A stretch of 45,939 nucleotides of DNA from Promethearchaeota archaeon (GTDB lineage Archaea; Asgardarchaeota; Lokiarchaeia; Sigyniarchaeales; SOKP01): contig JAEOTS010000057.1 in NCBI GenBank assembly GCA_016839745.1, forward strand, positions 1 through 45,939. The letters are read 5' to 3'. A program made the translations under genes and the position numbers. The notes beneath the pieces are model-generated. The model searched no databases. It saw nothing but the letters and a program-made list of their open reading frames with translations, and had not been told where the DNA came from. Positions 29,436 to 39,205 of the stretch are shown here, piece by piece (the stretch's first letter is position 1; each line of letters starts with the position of its first letter).

Positions 29436-30479
29436 ATGAATTCATTAGAATTAACCCTTTCAGCGATATATGGTATTCCAGAAAAAATTCCATTTAATCC
29501 TTTTATAATGCACTTAGCTGCAACATTATTTGGAGTAGATTATAACCACAAATATTGCCAAAATCCTGGTATTTTAGCAGAAGCACAGATAAGGTGTGCT
29601 GACTTCTTTGATATAGATCATGTTAATGTTTCAACGGATGCTTATCGCGAAGCTAACGCGTGGGGTGTAGAGATTGATTGGTCTAGTCATACTCCTGTGG
29701 CTAAATCATATCTAAAGGTCTCTGAATTTGATTCGATTGAAACCCCTAACTTACTTTCTAACCAGAGAATACTCAATCGAGTAAACGCAGTGAAAATATT
29801 ATCAGAAAAAGTGGGTGGAGAACAATGTGTTGTAGGGTGGATTGAAGCGCCGTTCGCTGAAATTTGCTGTTTATTCGATTTAGTAAATGTATTAAAATTA
29901 TGCCGTTATGACGATTGGGATAAAAAAATTACATCACTTATTGATAGAGTCTTACCAATCCAGAAAGAGTTTGCTAAATTGCAAATTGAAGCCGGAGCAC
30001 ATATTATTGGAGCTGGAGATTCAGCAATTTCCCAAATTGGACCGTTCAGGTATGAAAAATGTTGCTTGAGTGCAACGAAAGACCTTTTCAATTTCATCCA
30101 AAAAGATATACCCGTCTTGTATCATATTTGTGGCGATAATGGTACTATTGATAAAGAAGGTAGAGACATGCTGCAATTAGTATCGAGTACAGGTGCAGCA
30201 ATATTAGATTTAGATTATCAAATAAATTTAAAACTAGCTAAAGAAAAGATTGGAAATAAAAATTGTATTAAAGGAAATACTAATACTCAGATTCTAGGAA
30301 GTCAAACCTATTCTATTAATGATGTAAGCAGTGAAATTGAGAGAACAATTGAATTAGGAAAACCCCATGGTATGTATCAATATGCAGCAGGATGTGAATG
30401 GCCCTGGGAACCGATATCTATGGCAAGTAGAAATTTAGGGATTGCTAGAACGTTAGTCGAGAAATTAGGAAAATATTAA
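29436..30479 (+). CDS. uroporphyrinogen decarboxylase / MtaA-CmuA methyltransferase family
   Basis: EANAWG, VGWIEAPF, QIEAGAHIIGAGDS, Zn ligands HICG and GCE. Confidence 0.85.
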   Translation: MNSLELTLSAIYGIPEKIPFNPFIMHLAATLFGVDYNHKYCQNPGILAEAQIRCADFFDIDHVNVSTDAYREANAWGVEIDWSSHTPVAKSYLKVSEFDSIETPNLLSNQRILNRVNAVKILSEKVGGEQCVVGWIEAPFAEICCLFDLVNVLKLCRYDDWDKKITSLIDRVLPIQKEFAKLQIEAGAHIIGAGDSAISQIGPFRYEKCCLSATKDLFNFIQKDIPVLYHICGDNGTIDKEGRDMLQLVSSTGAAILDLDYQINLKLAKEKIGNKNCIKGNTNTQILGSQTYSINDVSSEIERTIELGKPHGMYQYAAGCEWPWEPISMASRNLGIARTLVEKLGKY

Positions 30480-30553
30480 TTTTGAGGTATAAAGTTAAGT
30501 ATATAAAGATTTAAGTCAATTTCTTTAAATATAATAGAAGAGAATGATAAGAA

Positions 30554-31516
30554 TTGAAAATTGATACTGAAGTCTTGAAAAAGCTTGAACGGTCAATCGA
30601 TAATTTTAACCCAGAAAATGGGGTAGTACCGATTAAAATTCTGGGTTATGGTGAAATTAGCCTTGTATTTGAGATTGTAGGCGATCCAGAACAAATAGCC
30701 TATAAAAGAATTCCAATTTTTGATAATGAAAAGCAAGTTAATAGGCATATTTGGGCATATAACGAATATAACAGAATTTTAATCGAAGAAGTGGGATTAA
30801 TTCTTCCTGATTACGATGTAGCATGGTTTAAGGACGAGGAAGATAAGATTCAATTTTATTGCATACAAGAAAAAATCTCTTCAGAATCGGTAGGAAATCG
30901 AGTGATTCATGAGTTAAATACTGAAGACATCAACACTCTTATTCTACTTGCGATGAGGGACATGAAAAAAGTATGGCTTTATAGTAAAAATCACGAAACG
31001 ATAGATTTAGGATTAGATGGTCAAATTTCCAACTTTGCTGTTATTGGATACGATCCAAATAATCCTAAGATTAGAGAGGACACAAAATTAATTTACTTCG
31101 ATACTTCTACACCAATGTTTAGAAGAAATGGTATAGAGGCGATGGACGCAGAATTATTTTTAAAAAGTACCCCGTCCTTTTTGAGATTTCTCGTAAAGGC
31201 GGCATTTCTAGACGAAGTTGTGGATCGCTATTATGATTGGCGGCTGGTAACTATTGATTTAATCGCCAATTTCTTTAAGGAACAAAGACCCGAGCTTATT
31301 CCGGGGATAATTAGCCTAGTAAACAAATTTTTTAACGAAGAAGCAAGCGAGTTCAATATGGAACCTATTACATTTGAAGAAGTCCAAAAATACTATAAAA
31401 ACGATAAGATGATTTGGGTTATTTTCCAAAATGCTAGGAAAATTGACAGGTACATTAAAACTAAACTCTTCAAGAAAAAATACGATTTCTATCTACCGGG
31501 AAAAATTAAGAGGTAA
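30554..31516 (+). CDS. DUF6206-like protein (kinase-like fold suspected)
   Basis: LGYGEIS, AYKR, GLDGQISNF, YFDTSTP resemble Gly loop, Lys and catalytic loop of a kinase fold. Confidence 0.6.
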   Translation: MKIDTEVLKKLERSIDNFNPENGVVPIKILGYGEISLVFEIVGDPEQIAYKRIPIFDNEKQVNRHIWAYNEYNRILIEEVGLILPDYDVAWFKDEEDKIQFYCIQEKISSESVGNRVIHELNTEDINTLILLAMRDMKKVWLYSKNHETIDLGLDGQISNFAVIGYDPNNPKIREDTKLIYFDTSTPMFRRNGIEAMDAELFLKSTPSFLRFLVKAAFLDEVVDRYYDWRLVTIDLIANFFKEQRPELIPGIISLVNKFFNEEASEFNMEPITFEEVQKYYKNDKMIWVIFQNARKIDRYIKTKLFKKKYDFYLPGKIKR

Positions 31517-31546
31517 GATAATTCAAACATTTTTTAAGATTATATT

Positions 31547-32119
31547 ATGATTAGAGCATTTCTAGCTATTGAGTTAAATAACGGAATTACAATTGAAAAA
31601 ATTAAATCTTTTTCTGCTCGTTTACTGCAAAACCAATCTAAATTAAAGGTTGTCGCCCCAGAAAACCTTCATATGACTATGAAATTCTTAGGTAACATTT
31701 CTGAATCCTTAGCTCTAAAGATTTATCGAATATTGAATGAAGAAATAAATGATAGATTATTCCAAGGAAAAATCTATGAATACAAACTAAAAGGAGTTGG
31801 ACAGTTTAACAAATTCTCTGTACTATGGGTAAAACTTATCGGAGATATTCAATTCTTACAAGAAATAAAGGATTCTATTGAACAACTTTTCGTTGAAAGA
31901 CTGAGCATCGAAAAAGATAAAAGAACGCAATTCAAACCTCATTTAACAATAGGAAGACTGAAAAAAGACAAAATAAATTATCAAACTTTTAGTGCTTTAA
32001 AAAACTTAATTAATGAGAATAAAAATTTAGAGTTCGGACCTTTTACTGTAGACCAAGTAAAATTAAAAAAATCCGATCTTACACCTAAAGGACCAATATA
32101 TTCCGATCTGGTTTATTGA
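31547..32119 (+). CDS. thpR: RNA 2',3'-cyclic phosphodiesterase (2H family)
   Basis: MIRAFLAI, two HxT motifs (HMT, PHLT), SDLTPKGPIY. Confidence 0.92.
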   Translation: MIRAFLAIELNNGITIEKIKSFSARLLQNQSKLKVVAPENLHMTMKFLGNISESLALKIYRILNEEINDRLFQGKIYEYKLKGVGQFNKFSVLWVKLIGDIQFLQEIKDSIEQLFVERLSIEKDKRTQFKPHLTIGRLKKDKINYQTFSALKNLINENKNLEFGPFTVDQVKLKKSDLTPKGPIYSDLVY

Positions 32120-32818
32120 ATGAAGGCAAAACCTATAAAAGCAATTATTTGGGACTTAGATGGGACGTTAATCGATTTTAAAATTAATTCCATAAAAGCT
32201 CGAAGGAAAGCCATTAAAGTCTTAAGAAACTATGGAATCTCTAGGGAAAAAATTTCTAGCAAAATGTCTCTTTTAGAAATTGTTAAAATATCTAGAGAAT
32301 TATTTGTAAAACTCGGTATTTCTGATGAAGAAATTAAAGAAATTATTAAAGAAGTGAATAACGCAGTAATTCTAGTCGAACACGAAGCAGCTATGAAAGC
32401 AACTTTAACGGATGGAATAATTAAAGTTTTAGAATTTGCAAAAAAAAACCACCTCAAACAAGCTGTCTTTACTTACAATACACATAGAAATGCAAGAAAA
32501 TCGTTAGAGACCGCAGGAGTTAATCACTATTTTGATGTCGTCGCTGGTCGTGACGATGTAAAAAAACTTAAACCACATCCTGATCATTTGAAATACGTAT
32601 GTAAGAGAATAGAAGTGAATTTGGATGAAATAGTTGTTATCGGTGATACTGGACGAGATATTGAGGCCGCATTACAAACAAACTCTAGATCCATCGCATT
32701 AAATACCAAAATTCCTAACTTCATAAAAAGGGAAACATTTAAAGAAGCAGATAAAATTATTGAACTAAACGAAATCCCGAATGAATTAATAAAAACTCTC
32801 GAAGAATTTTTATTATAG
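32120..32818 (+). CDS. HAD-superfamily phosphatase (phosphoglycolate phosphatase-like)
   Basis: WDLDGTL, KPHP, IGDTGRDI. Confidence 0.9.
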   Translation: MKAKPIKAIIWDLDGTLIDFKINSIKARRKAIKVLRNYGISREKISSKMSLLEIVKISRELFVKLGISDEEIKEIIKEVNNAVILVEHEAAMKATLTDGIIKVLEFAKKNHLKQAVFTYNTHRNARKSLETAGVNHYFDVVAGRDDVKKLKPHPDHLKYVCKRIEVNLDEIVVIGDTGRDIEAALQTNSRSIALNTKIPNFIKRETFKEADKIIELNEIPNELIKTLEEFLL

Positions 32819-32914
32819 GAATAAAAATAAATTATAAATACAATTTAATCTATTATTGAAATAATTTTATACTATTAAACAAATAATAATTCAAAAAAGG
32901 TTTAAATTTAAATA

Positions 32915-33175
32915 ATGAGTCGAATAGAATTTGACTTAGATGTTTTAAAACCACACGTTCCTTCAAACTATGTAGTTGCACAAGCGTTAGAGGAAATCCC
33001 TGGCGTCTTATTTGTCTCAATTAAAACAGATGAGATTGATCAAAAAACTACATCAGTATTTATAACGATCAAGGGTACTAATGAATTGTCACTTGAAGCT
33101 ATTAAAGAGAAATTAGAAACTATGAATTGTGCTTTACATAGTGTTGATAGAGTCCAGATTGATAAACGAACTTAG
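32915..33175 (+). CDS. DUF211-family protein
   Basis: LDVLKPH at the N-terminus and LHSVD near the C-terminus. Confidence 0.8.
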   Translation: MSRIEFDLDVLKPHVPSNYVVAQALEEIPGVLFVSIKTDEIDQKTTSVFITIKGTNELSLEAIKEKLETMNCALHSVDRVQIDKRT

Positions 33176-33227
33176 TTGTTTATTTCCAATTTTTTTCATT
33201 TTTTCCAATTTGAGTTAATAAATAAAC

Positions 33228-33590
33228 ATGTCATTATCAAACGCTCCTACTGTAATAAAAATACTCCAAGAAAAAGGGGAGATTAATGATGAGTTAGATT
33301 TTGCTTTAATGAATTATATAATGACAAATAGAGGAACGGGGTACACTGCCTGCCAACCCCAACTGGTTGAACTTGATAATAGTAAAAAAGCAATTAAAAT
33401 GAATATTGATCATACTTTTGTAGATAAAGATAATGTATTGATGGGATTGGGGATAGTAGGAAACTTATTCATAGATTTTGACTCCCTACAAGTTATTTTC
33501 TGCTCCTCTATAGAAGATTTAATTAACAATATTGAAAAATTAAAGAATGCGGGGATCAAGCCTCAACCAAGACCTAAGGGTAAATATTAA
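33228..33590 (+). CDS. hypothetical protein (120 aa)
   Basis: Co-directional ORF; no motif recognised. Confidence 0.7.
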   Translation: MSLSNAPTVIKILQEKGEINDELDFALMNYIMTNRGTGYTACQPQLVELDNSKKAIKMNIDHTFVDKDNVLMGLGIVGNLFIDFDSLQVIFCSSIEDLINNIEKLKNAGIKPQPRPKGKY

Positions 33591-33712
33591 CTTATTAAGT
33601 AATCATAGCTCTCTTTATTAGCGACGATTTTTAATTTTAAGAAATTTTAAGCAAGGCAATCCATACTATAAAAAAAATATGGTTTATATCAAATCAAAGA
33701 TTAAAATTCATA

Positions 33713-34243
33713 ATGACAGATAGCGAGAGTAATATAAAGCTCCTAATCCAAGATTATTTGTTGGATGAAGGACTTCTAAGAAATAAAATTCCAATCGATG
33801 ATAAAAAGCTCGAATTTGGTTTTCAATTTATATTTCCACCCGGACCCATCGCGCAAAAAATGGTAGTAATAAAACCAAAAAATAAGGATTTAATTATAAT
33901 TTCTAATCCTATTCAAATAGCTCCTCAACAGGTAGACGCATTAAATGCATTAGAAGAAAATGGAAAAATTTACTTTTTTATGGCTATTAGAAAATTTTTT
34001 CTTGCAAAAGATGTTTTTTTCAGAATCGATACTCAGAACTTTAGATATGAAATAAGTGATCAGATATTTCTTAAGAGAGACGGTACAATTTCAAAAAATT
34101 CCTTTTTCAAAAGTATTAGAAAAGTTTTCACGTGTTCCGCCTATTCTAATATGATTCTAAATGAATACTGTTCAGGAAAGATAAAACCAGAAGATATTAC
34201 TAAATCAAAAGATTTTACTTCAGATTTTTCCTTATATTCGTAG
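33713..34243 (+). CDS. DUF2299-like hypothetical protein
   Basis: IQDYLLDEG, FQFIFPPG, VIKPKNKDLIII resemble DUF2299; by recall only. Confidence 0.55.
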   Translation: MTDSESNIKLLIQDYLLDEGLLRNKIPIDDKKLEFGFQFIFPPGPIAQKMVVIKPKNKDLIIISNPIQIAPQQVDALNALEENGKIYFFMAIRKFFLAKDVFFRIDTQNFRYEISDQIFLKRDGTISKNSFFKSIRKVFTCSAYSNMILNEYCSGKIKPEDITKSKDFTSDFSLYS

Positions 34244-34272
34244 TTATTGAGAAAACTATTAGGTGAACTCTA

Positions 34273-34794
34273 ATTTTCGACAAATGGTTGCAAGCGTTTG
34301 GAAAACTTGAGTATGTTCAAGCTAAATCTAGACCGAATGTTGCTTGTATTTTATGTTCAATTAAAGAGAACGACGATAAAGTAGTAAATTTAAAAATCTA
34401 CGAGGATAATATCTGTTTTGTAGTGTTGAATCTTTATCCTTTCAATCCTGGACACCTCTTGTGCGTTCCAAACAGACATATTACAAAATATACCGAGTTA
34501 ACGAAAAAGGAGCTTTTACATCTGAATAGAACAATTCAGGGTTTGCAACTTTTACTCGATGATTTGTATAACCCAAAAGGCTACAACATTGGAATAAATC
34601 AAGGAAATTATGCTGGGGCAAGTATAGACCATCTACATTTCCATGTAGTTCCAAGATATGGTACAGAGTTAGGATTTATTGATATAGTCAGTAACACAAG
34701 AGTTCTACCCGAAGGTTTAGATTCTGTGAAGAAAAAGCTAACTCAAAATGTTAATAATTTTCTAAACAAAGAATTTTTTGAAAATTTCAAGTAA
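34273..34794 (+). CDS. HIT-family hydrolase (Ap4A phosphorylase-like); probable ATT start
   Basis: CILC, NLYPFNPGHL, AGASIDHLHFHVVPR. SD GGTGA 34262-34266 sits 6 nt before in-frame ATT 34273; the listed TTG 34288 is the alternative. Confidence 0.88.
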   Translation: MFDKWLQAFGKLEYVQAKSRPNVACILCSIKENDDKVVNLKIYEDNICFVVLNLYPFNPGHLLCVPNRHITKYTELTKKELLHLNRTIQGLQLLLDDLYNPKGYNIGINQGNYAGASIDHLHFHVVPRYGTELGFIDIVSNTRVLPEGLDSVKKKLTQNVNNFLNKEFFENFK

Positions 34795-34871
34795 AGAGCG
34801 TTCTCTTGAACTAATTAAACTTTTTAATATAAAATAAGAAAAAAAATATTGAAAATTTGATCCAAAATTTC

Positions 34872-35105
34872 CTATCGAGTAGCCTTACGAATATCTGCAG
34901 CTGTAACTCTCTTTCTTTTATCTGCTTTCGTAATTTTAATAGCATCTTTGGTTGCGTCTGCTGCTGCTTTTTCCAAAAACCCGATAAGCTTATCTAGCGC
35001 GTCAGCCGCTACTAAATCAGCACCTTCTTTTTTCATTAGTCTTCGAATTGGTGCTTTCGCTATATAGCTTTCAGATTTCTTTGCAGGAGCTTTCTTTTTA
35101 GCCAT
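34872..35105 (-). CDS. archaeal histone with Lys-rich N-terminal tail
   Basis: IAKAPIRRLMK...ADKRKRVTAADI histone fold with R-x-V/T-x-x-x-D L2 motif; SD GGAGG; tail MAKKKAPAKKSESY. Confidence 0.93.
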   Translation of the reverse strand: MAKKKAPAKKSESYIAKAPIRRLMKKEGADLVAADALDKLIGFLEKAAADATKDAIKITKADKRKRVTAADIRKATR

Positions 35106-35283
35106 ATTTCATTCCTCCACTATTTTTTTTATACTTTAAATTGTTTTAATATAGATTTATAATTAATAATAACTACGAATTTCTATTATATAAATATTAT
35201 GGTTCGGAATGTAAGTTTATGGAAGTAATATTAATTATTTATCGTGGATCTAAAATTTACTAAATATTATTTGACCGACAAAA

Positions 35284-35611
35284 TAGCACTATTAAATAAA
35301 AATTTTAAAATTTATTAAATAGGGAATAAATTTTTTTTGATTATTAGATTTCACCAGAAAGTGATTTTCAAAAAGTTAAATTAATTTTTTACTTGAATAT
35401 TTAAACCTTTATTAAAGATTTAATACTATGTAAAAATGCAAAATTGCAATTTCTTAATAAATTAGCATTTGGATTTTAAGAAGTCGTTTCTTTAACTTTC
35501 GGATGTTTTATGAGTAAGAAATTAAATATTTAGGAAATGCGGGAATTTTAATGAATTATTTTAGTTTTATTTTTTTTTTTTAAAAATGTATAAATTAAAA
35601 TAATAGTGCTA
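35284..35611. promoter_or_regulatory. 11-bp inverted repeat pair in the histone/TrmB divergent intergenic region
   Basis: TAGCACTATTA (35284-35294) and its exact reverse complement TAATAGTGCTA (35601-35611). Confidence 0.4.
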
Positions 35612-35656
35612 AAATTAGTTATTTAATACGAATTAAAAAGGATTAAGATTCCTATC

Positions 35657-36511
35657 TTGACCTATAGTCGCGATAATATAAAACTTGAAGAATCTGACAT
35701 AGAATACGCCCTACAATCATTAGGGTTTACGAAAAATGATTCAAAAGTTTTACTCGCTCTTGCGAAATATAAAATTTTGAGTCCAGCAGATATAGCTAAG
35801 TTTTCCGATGTTGACCGCGCAAGAGTATACGATAGTCTTAATCGATTAATAGAGAAAGGATTTATTCAAAAAGAACCCGTAAAAAGGGGAGCAAATTATC
35901 AAATAATCCCAATAGCCAAAATCTTTAAAACTATTCGAGAAAATTATAAAAAGAGAATAGAAGACACTTTAACGATTGAAAAAGCTATAACTGAATTGGA
36001 GATTGATCAAGAAGAGTCAGAACCCCGAGTATGGGCGATTAACTCTAGAGATAAAATTAGAAAAAAAGTAAAAGATTTAATTACTTCGTCTGAGAATAGG
36101 ATTTACTTTATTATCACTCCTGATTTGTTGATAAAAGAATTAGGTGGGTATGAATGGATTTTAAAAGAACTTTGGAGTAAAAAGTTTTCTTCTAACATGG
36201 AAGTAGTAATTGCTTTGAAGTATTCTGATGAATTAAAAGAAGAGATAAAAAAACTTCTAAAAATTTCTGTAAAAATCCATTCTATCGAGGGTGACAATGT
36301 AATTCCTTTCGGTTTATTAATCGCTGATTATGGGTTTTTATTAACTACTCTTGATCAAGTAAAAGAAGCTCCGGAATACACGTCAGGATTATGGTTGGAA
36401 AACGGTAAAAAGAGTCAGATTATTGGTTATGAACATTTGTTTAGACATTTTATAAGTTCAGAAACAAAAGAAATAAAGTTGACTCCCATGAAAACCCCAT
36501 ATCAAACTTGA
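35657..36511 (+). CDS. TrmB-family transcriptional regulator
   Basis: LQSLGFT...ADIAKFSDVDRARVYDSLNRLIEKGFI wHTH, coiled linker, VWAI effector-domain start. Confidence 0.9.
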   Translation: MTYSRDNIKLEESDIEYALQSLGFTKNDSKVLLALAKYKILSPADIAKFSDVDRARVYDSLNRLIEKGFIQKEPVKRGANYQIIPIAKIFKTIRENYKKRIEDTLTIEKAITELEIDQEESEPRVWAINSRDKIRKKVKDLITSSENRIYFIITPDLLIKELGGYEWILKELWSKKFSSNMEVVIALKYSDELKEEIKKLLKISVKIHSIEGDNVIPFGLLIADYGFLLTTLDQVKEAPEYTSGLWLENGKKSQIIGYEHLFRHFISSETKEIKLTPMKTPYQT

Positions 36512-36603
36512 ATAAATGAAAACCAAAAAAAATCGAATGTCATAAAATAAAAGTTATGTTATATTATATTTTTACTATGAATATAGGAGGAGGTTAAACA
36601 ACT

Positions 36604-37161
36604 ATTTCATACCGGGGGAAAGTAATACTCTGCGGGAATCCCAAAGTAGGAAAAACTAGTCTACTAGCTCGATATGTGGACGGTAAATTTAACGAAGATT
36701 ATATTCCAACATATGGTGCGAATTTCTTGATTAAAGAGATTGATTTAAGTAAAACTGTTGACAAGCTTCAATTAGAAAATCTTGAATTGAAGAAGGATAT
36801 TAAAGAAAAAGGATTTAAATTATACTTCTGGGATATCGGTGGCCAGCAAGACAAATTATATAGTAATGAATATTATTTCGTTCAAGCTGTAGGGGCTATG
36901 ATAGTATTCAACTTAAATGATTTATCATCGTTCCAGGATATTAACTTTTGGCTAACTAAGTTGAAAGAATTAAGTGGTGATGTTCCATATATCCTTGTTG
37001 GAAACAAGTCTGACTTAGAAAGGAAAATTGATAAATCATTGATCGAAGATGAAGTAAAAAAGTTGGGAGTTCAATACTTCGAAACCTCTGCGAAGCTTAA
37101 TGAAAATGTAGACGCTGCCTTTGAAAGTTTATCCATTCAAATTTTGAATAATATAAAGTAA
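36604..37161 (+). CDS. Rab-like small GTPase; probable ATT start
   Basis: Upstream extension gives KVILCGNPKVGKTSL (P-loop); YIPTYGANF, WDIGGQ, LVGNKSDL, ETSAK. In-frame TAA at 36595-36597; SD GGAGGAGGT upstream of ATT 36604. Confidence 0.88.
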   Translation: MSYRGKVILCGNPKVGKTSLLARYVDGKFNEDYIPTYGANFLIKEIDLSKTVDKLQLENLELKKDIKEKGFKLYFWDIGGQQDKLYSNEYYFVQAVGAMIVFNLNDLSSFQDINFWLTKLKELSGDVPYILVGNKSDLERKIDKSLIEDEVKKLGVQYFETSAKLNENVDAAFESLSIQILNNIK

Positions 37162-37218
37162 GGAAAAAAAACCTTAATTTTAATATATTTTATATTCTAT
37201 TTTTGCCTAAATTTCATT

Positions 37219-37947
37219 ATGAGTATTCTTTTAATTCCTATCGCTCCTTTATCAAGAACAAAATCTCGCCTTCGAGATTGTTTTCCCAAGGAATTACTCA
37301 AAGATTTAACGATCGCAATGTTCAAGGACTTAGCAAGTAAAGTTATAAATGTTGATTGTTTTGATCAGAAAATAGTCTATTGCCATAATAGCGAAATTTT
37401 AGAATTAGCAGAAGGTTACGGATTAATTGGGATAAAAGAAAAACTCACAAAACCTCGAAAATCGTTTGACGAAGTAATAAACGATCTCAATAACATAGCT
37501 ATTAAAGAATTTAACGCCCTTAATACAATTTTTACATTTTTAGATGTCATCTTAATATCTGAAAATAATTTAAAGGATATCTGTAGTTTAATGGAATTAA
37601 ATCAACTAGTTGTTTGCCCGGCTATTCATTCAGCAGGCATTTCTATATTTGGAAGAAGTCCTCCTGATATTATACCTACCCATTTTTCTGATCCTAATAT
37701 TCCTTCCTTTGTAGCATTAATAACGGATGCTCAGGAAAGGAAATTAAAATATTCTGTTTATGATTCTTTTAGAGCAGGTTTTGATATCGATATTAAGCAA
37801 GACTTATTATTGGGATTTGAATATCTTAAATTGTTTAATCTCAATGACTCTGAGACGTTTAAATTTTTAAAGAATAATTTAAAATTAGCTTTACAAAAAA
37901 GGAATCTAAAAAATAACCGTGAGTTTAAAATAAGCAAAACAAAATGA
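37219..37947 (+). CDS. cofC: CofC-like 2-phospho-L-lactate guanylyltransferase (F420 biosynthesis)
   Basis: LIPIAPLSRTKSRL, LTIAMFKD, GFDIDIKQDL. Confidence 0.75.
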   Translation: MSILLIPIAPLSRTKSRLRDCFPKELLKDLTIAMFKDLASKVINVDCFDQKIVYCHNSEILELAEGYGLIGIKEKLTKPRKSFDEVINDLNNIAIKEFNALNTIFTFLDVILISENNLKDICSLMELNQLVVCPAIHSAGISIFGRSPPDIIPTHFSDPNIPSFVALITDAQERKLKYSVYDSFRAGFDIDIKQDLLLGFEYLKLFNLNDSETFKFLKNNLKLALQKRNLKNNREFKISKTK

Positions 37948-37954
37948 GGATTTA

Positions 37955-39187
37955 TTAAAAATTAAAAGTTATGTTTATTTTTACCTCTTGATTTATAATT
38001 TTGCTAATTGAATTTTGAAGCTCTTCTCTTTCTTTTTTAAGAGAGGATAAATATCTTAGATAATCTTTGTTTTTTCTGTCAAGATCATGTTCTAAATGCT
38101 CTAATTTCACGGTGTTTGTGGAAATCTTATTTTTAACATCTTCCCTCTGGATAGCTAATCCTTCTTGGTCAATTTTTTTATTAATTTCGTCAATTGTGTA
38201 TTGATGTTTTTTTATATTATCGATATCTTCTTGAATTGATTTATCATCAAAGATTGCGCTAATTTGCTGAATAGTTTTGTCTCTTACATCTGTTTTTAGG
38301 TTTAATTTATTCTCCTCTAAGACATGCCTTAACTGGACTAGTAAGGCTAAGAATTTTGGTAAGTCTCTGCTCTCTTTTACTAATGCGTTTATAGGATTTT
38401 TTAAAAAATCCTTTAAGAAATAGATATTGACATTCGGAATATGCATCGTATCTTTTTCCAATTCAAATTTTAACTTTTTTAAAGCTTTTTTAAATCCAAA
38501 TTGATTATTGATTTTCATTCTTAACTGGGCTAAATTTTCTTCCGCTCTATCTAGTTCTTTAAACAACTCATTTTTTTCAATGTTTGTTAGAGCTTGTGTT
38601 AATTCTTCTTGTTCTTTTTCCCTTTCTTCTAACTCTTCTTTGAAATGTTCTAAATCAGCTTTAGCGTGTTCAATATTATCTTTGAGAGTAAATAATTTAG
38701 GGAGTTTTTTGAGTAAATATTCAGCATCCTTTAGTTCGGTATATTTTTTCCTTAAAAATTCATCCACGACCTTTTGCTTATTACCTAATTTACGTGTTTT
38801 GTAACTTAACTCTTTAATTTCTGATTGTACTTGTTTCTGGAATTTAGGAAGTGATTTTTTTGCTATGTCATCGATGGTTATAAAGAGTCTTTTTATGGAG
38901 TTTAATAAATCATGCATCGCATCGTAGGTAATTTCTTCTTCAGGAACTTCAATTTCATCAATTTCCTTCCTAATTCTGTCAGAAAAGAGATGCAAGGATT
39001 TAAGAGCTTTTTCATCTATTTTACCCTCTCCGGCTTCTATAAAATGATCCGTGCATACTTTAATTTCGAGTAAACTTTCTCGAATTTCGGAGATTAGTTT
39101 TTTAACAGCTTTTTTAACTTTATAAAATTGCGATTCAAGCTGGCCTTTATAATAATCTTCGAATTCTTCTAATAAAATTTCAGTCAT
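37955..39187 (-). CDS. alpha-helical coiled-coil hypothetical protein
   Basis: 410 aa, K/E/L-rich heptads, no catalytic motifs. Confidence 0.75.
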   Translation of the reverse strand: MTEILLEEFEDYYKGQLESQFYKVKKAVKKLISEIRESLLEIKVCTDHFIEAGEGKIDEKALKSLHLFSDRIRKEIDEIEVPEEEITYDAMHDLLNSIKRLFITIDDIAKKSLPKFQKQVQSEIKELSYKTRKLGNKQKVVDEFLRKKYTELKDAEYLLKKLPKLFTLKDNIEHAKADLEHFKEELEEREKEQEELTQALTNIEKNELFKELDRAEENLAQLRMKINNQFGFKKALKKLKFELEKDTMHIPNVNIYFLKDFLKNPINALVKESRDLPKFLALLVQLRHVLEENKLNLKTDVRDKTIQQISAIFDDKSIQEDIDNIKKHQYTIDEINKKIDQEGLAIQREDVKNKISTNTVKLEHLEHDLDRKNKDYLRYLSSLKKEREELQNSISKIINQEVKINITFNF

Positions 39188-39205
39188 TTTTAGATAAATT
39201 TAATT

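Noticed and set aside
32117-32122. thpR TGA directly followed in frame by HAD ATG (same at 16727/16726) as possible Sec readthrough fusions
   Set aside because: No Cys-equivalent context or SECIS seen; each downstream gene has its own start; consistent with tight operon packing.
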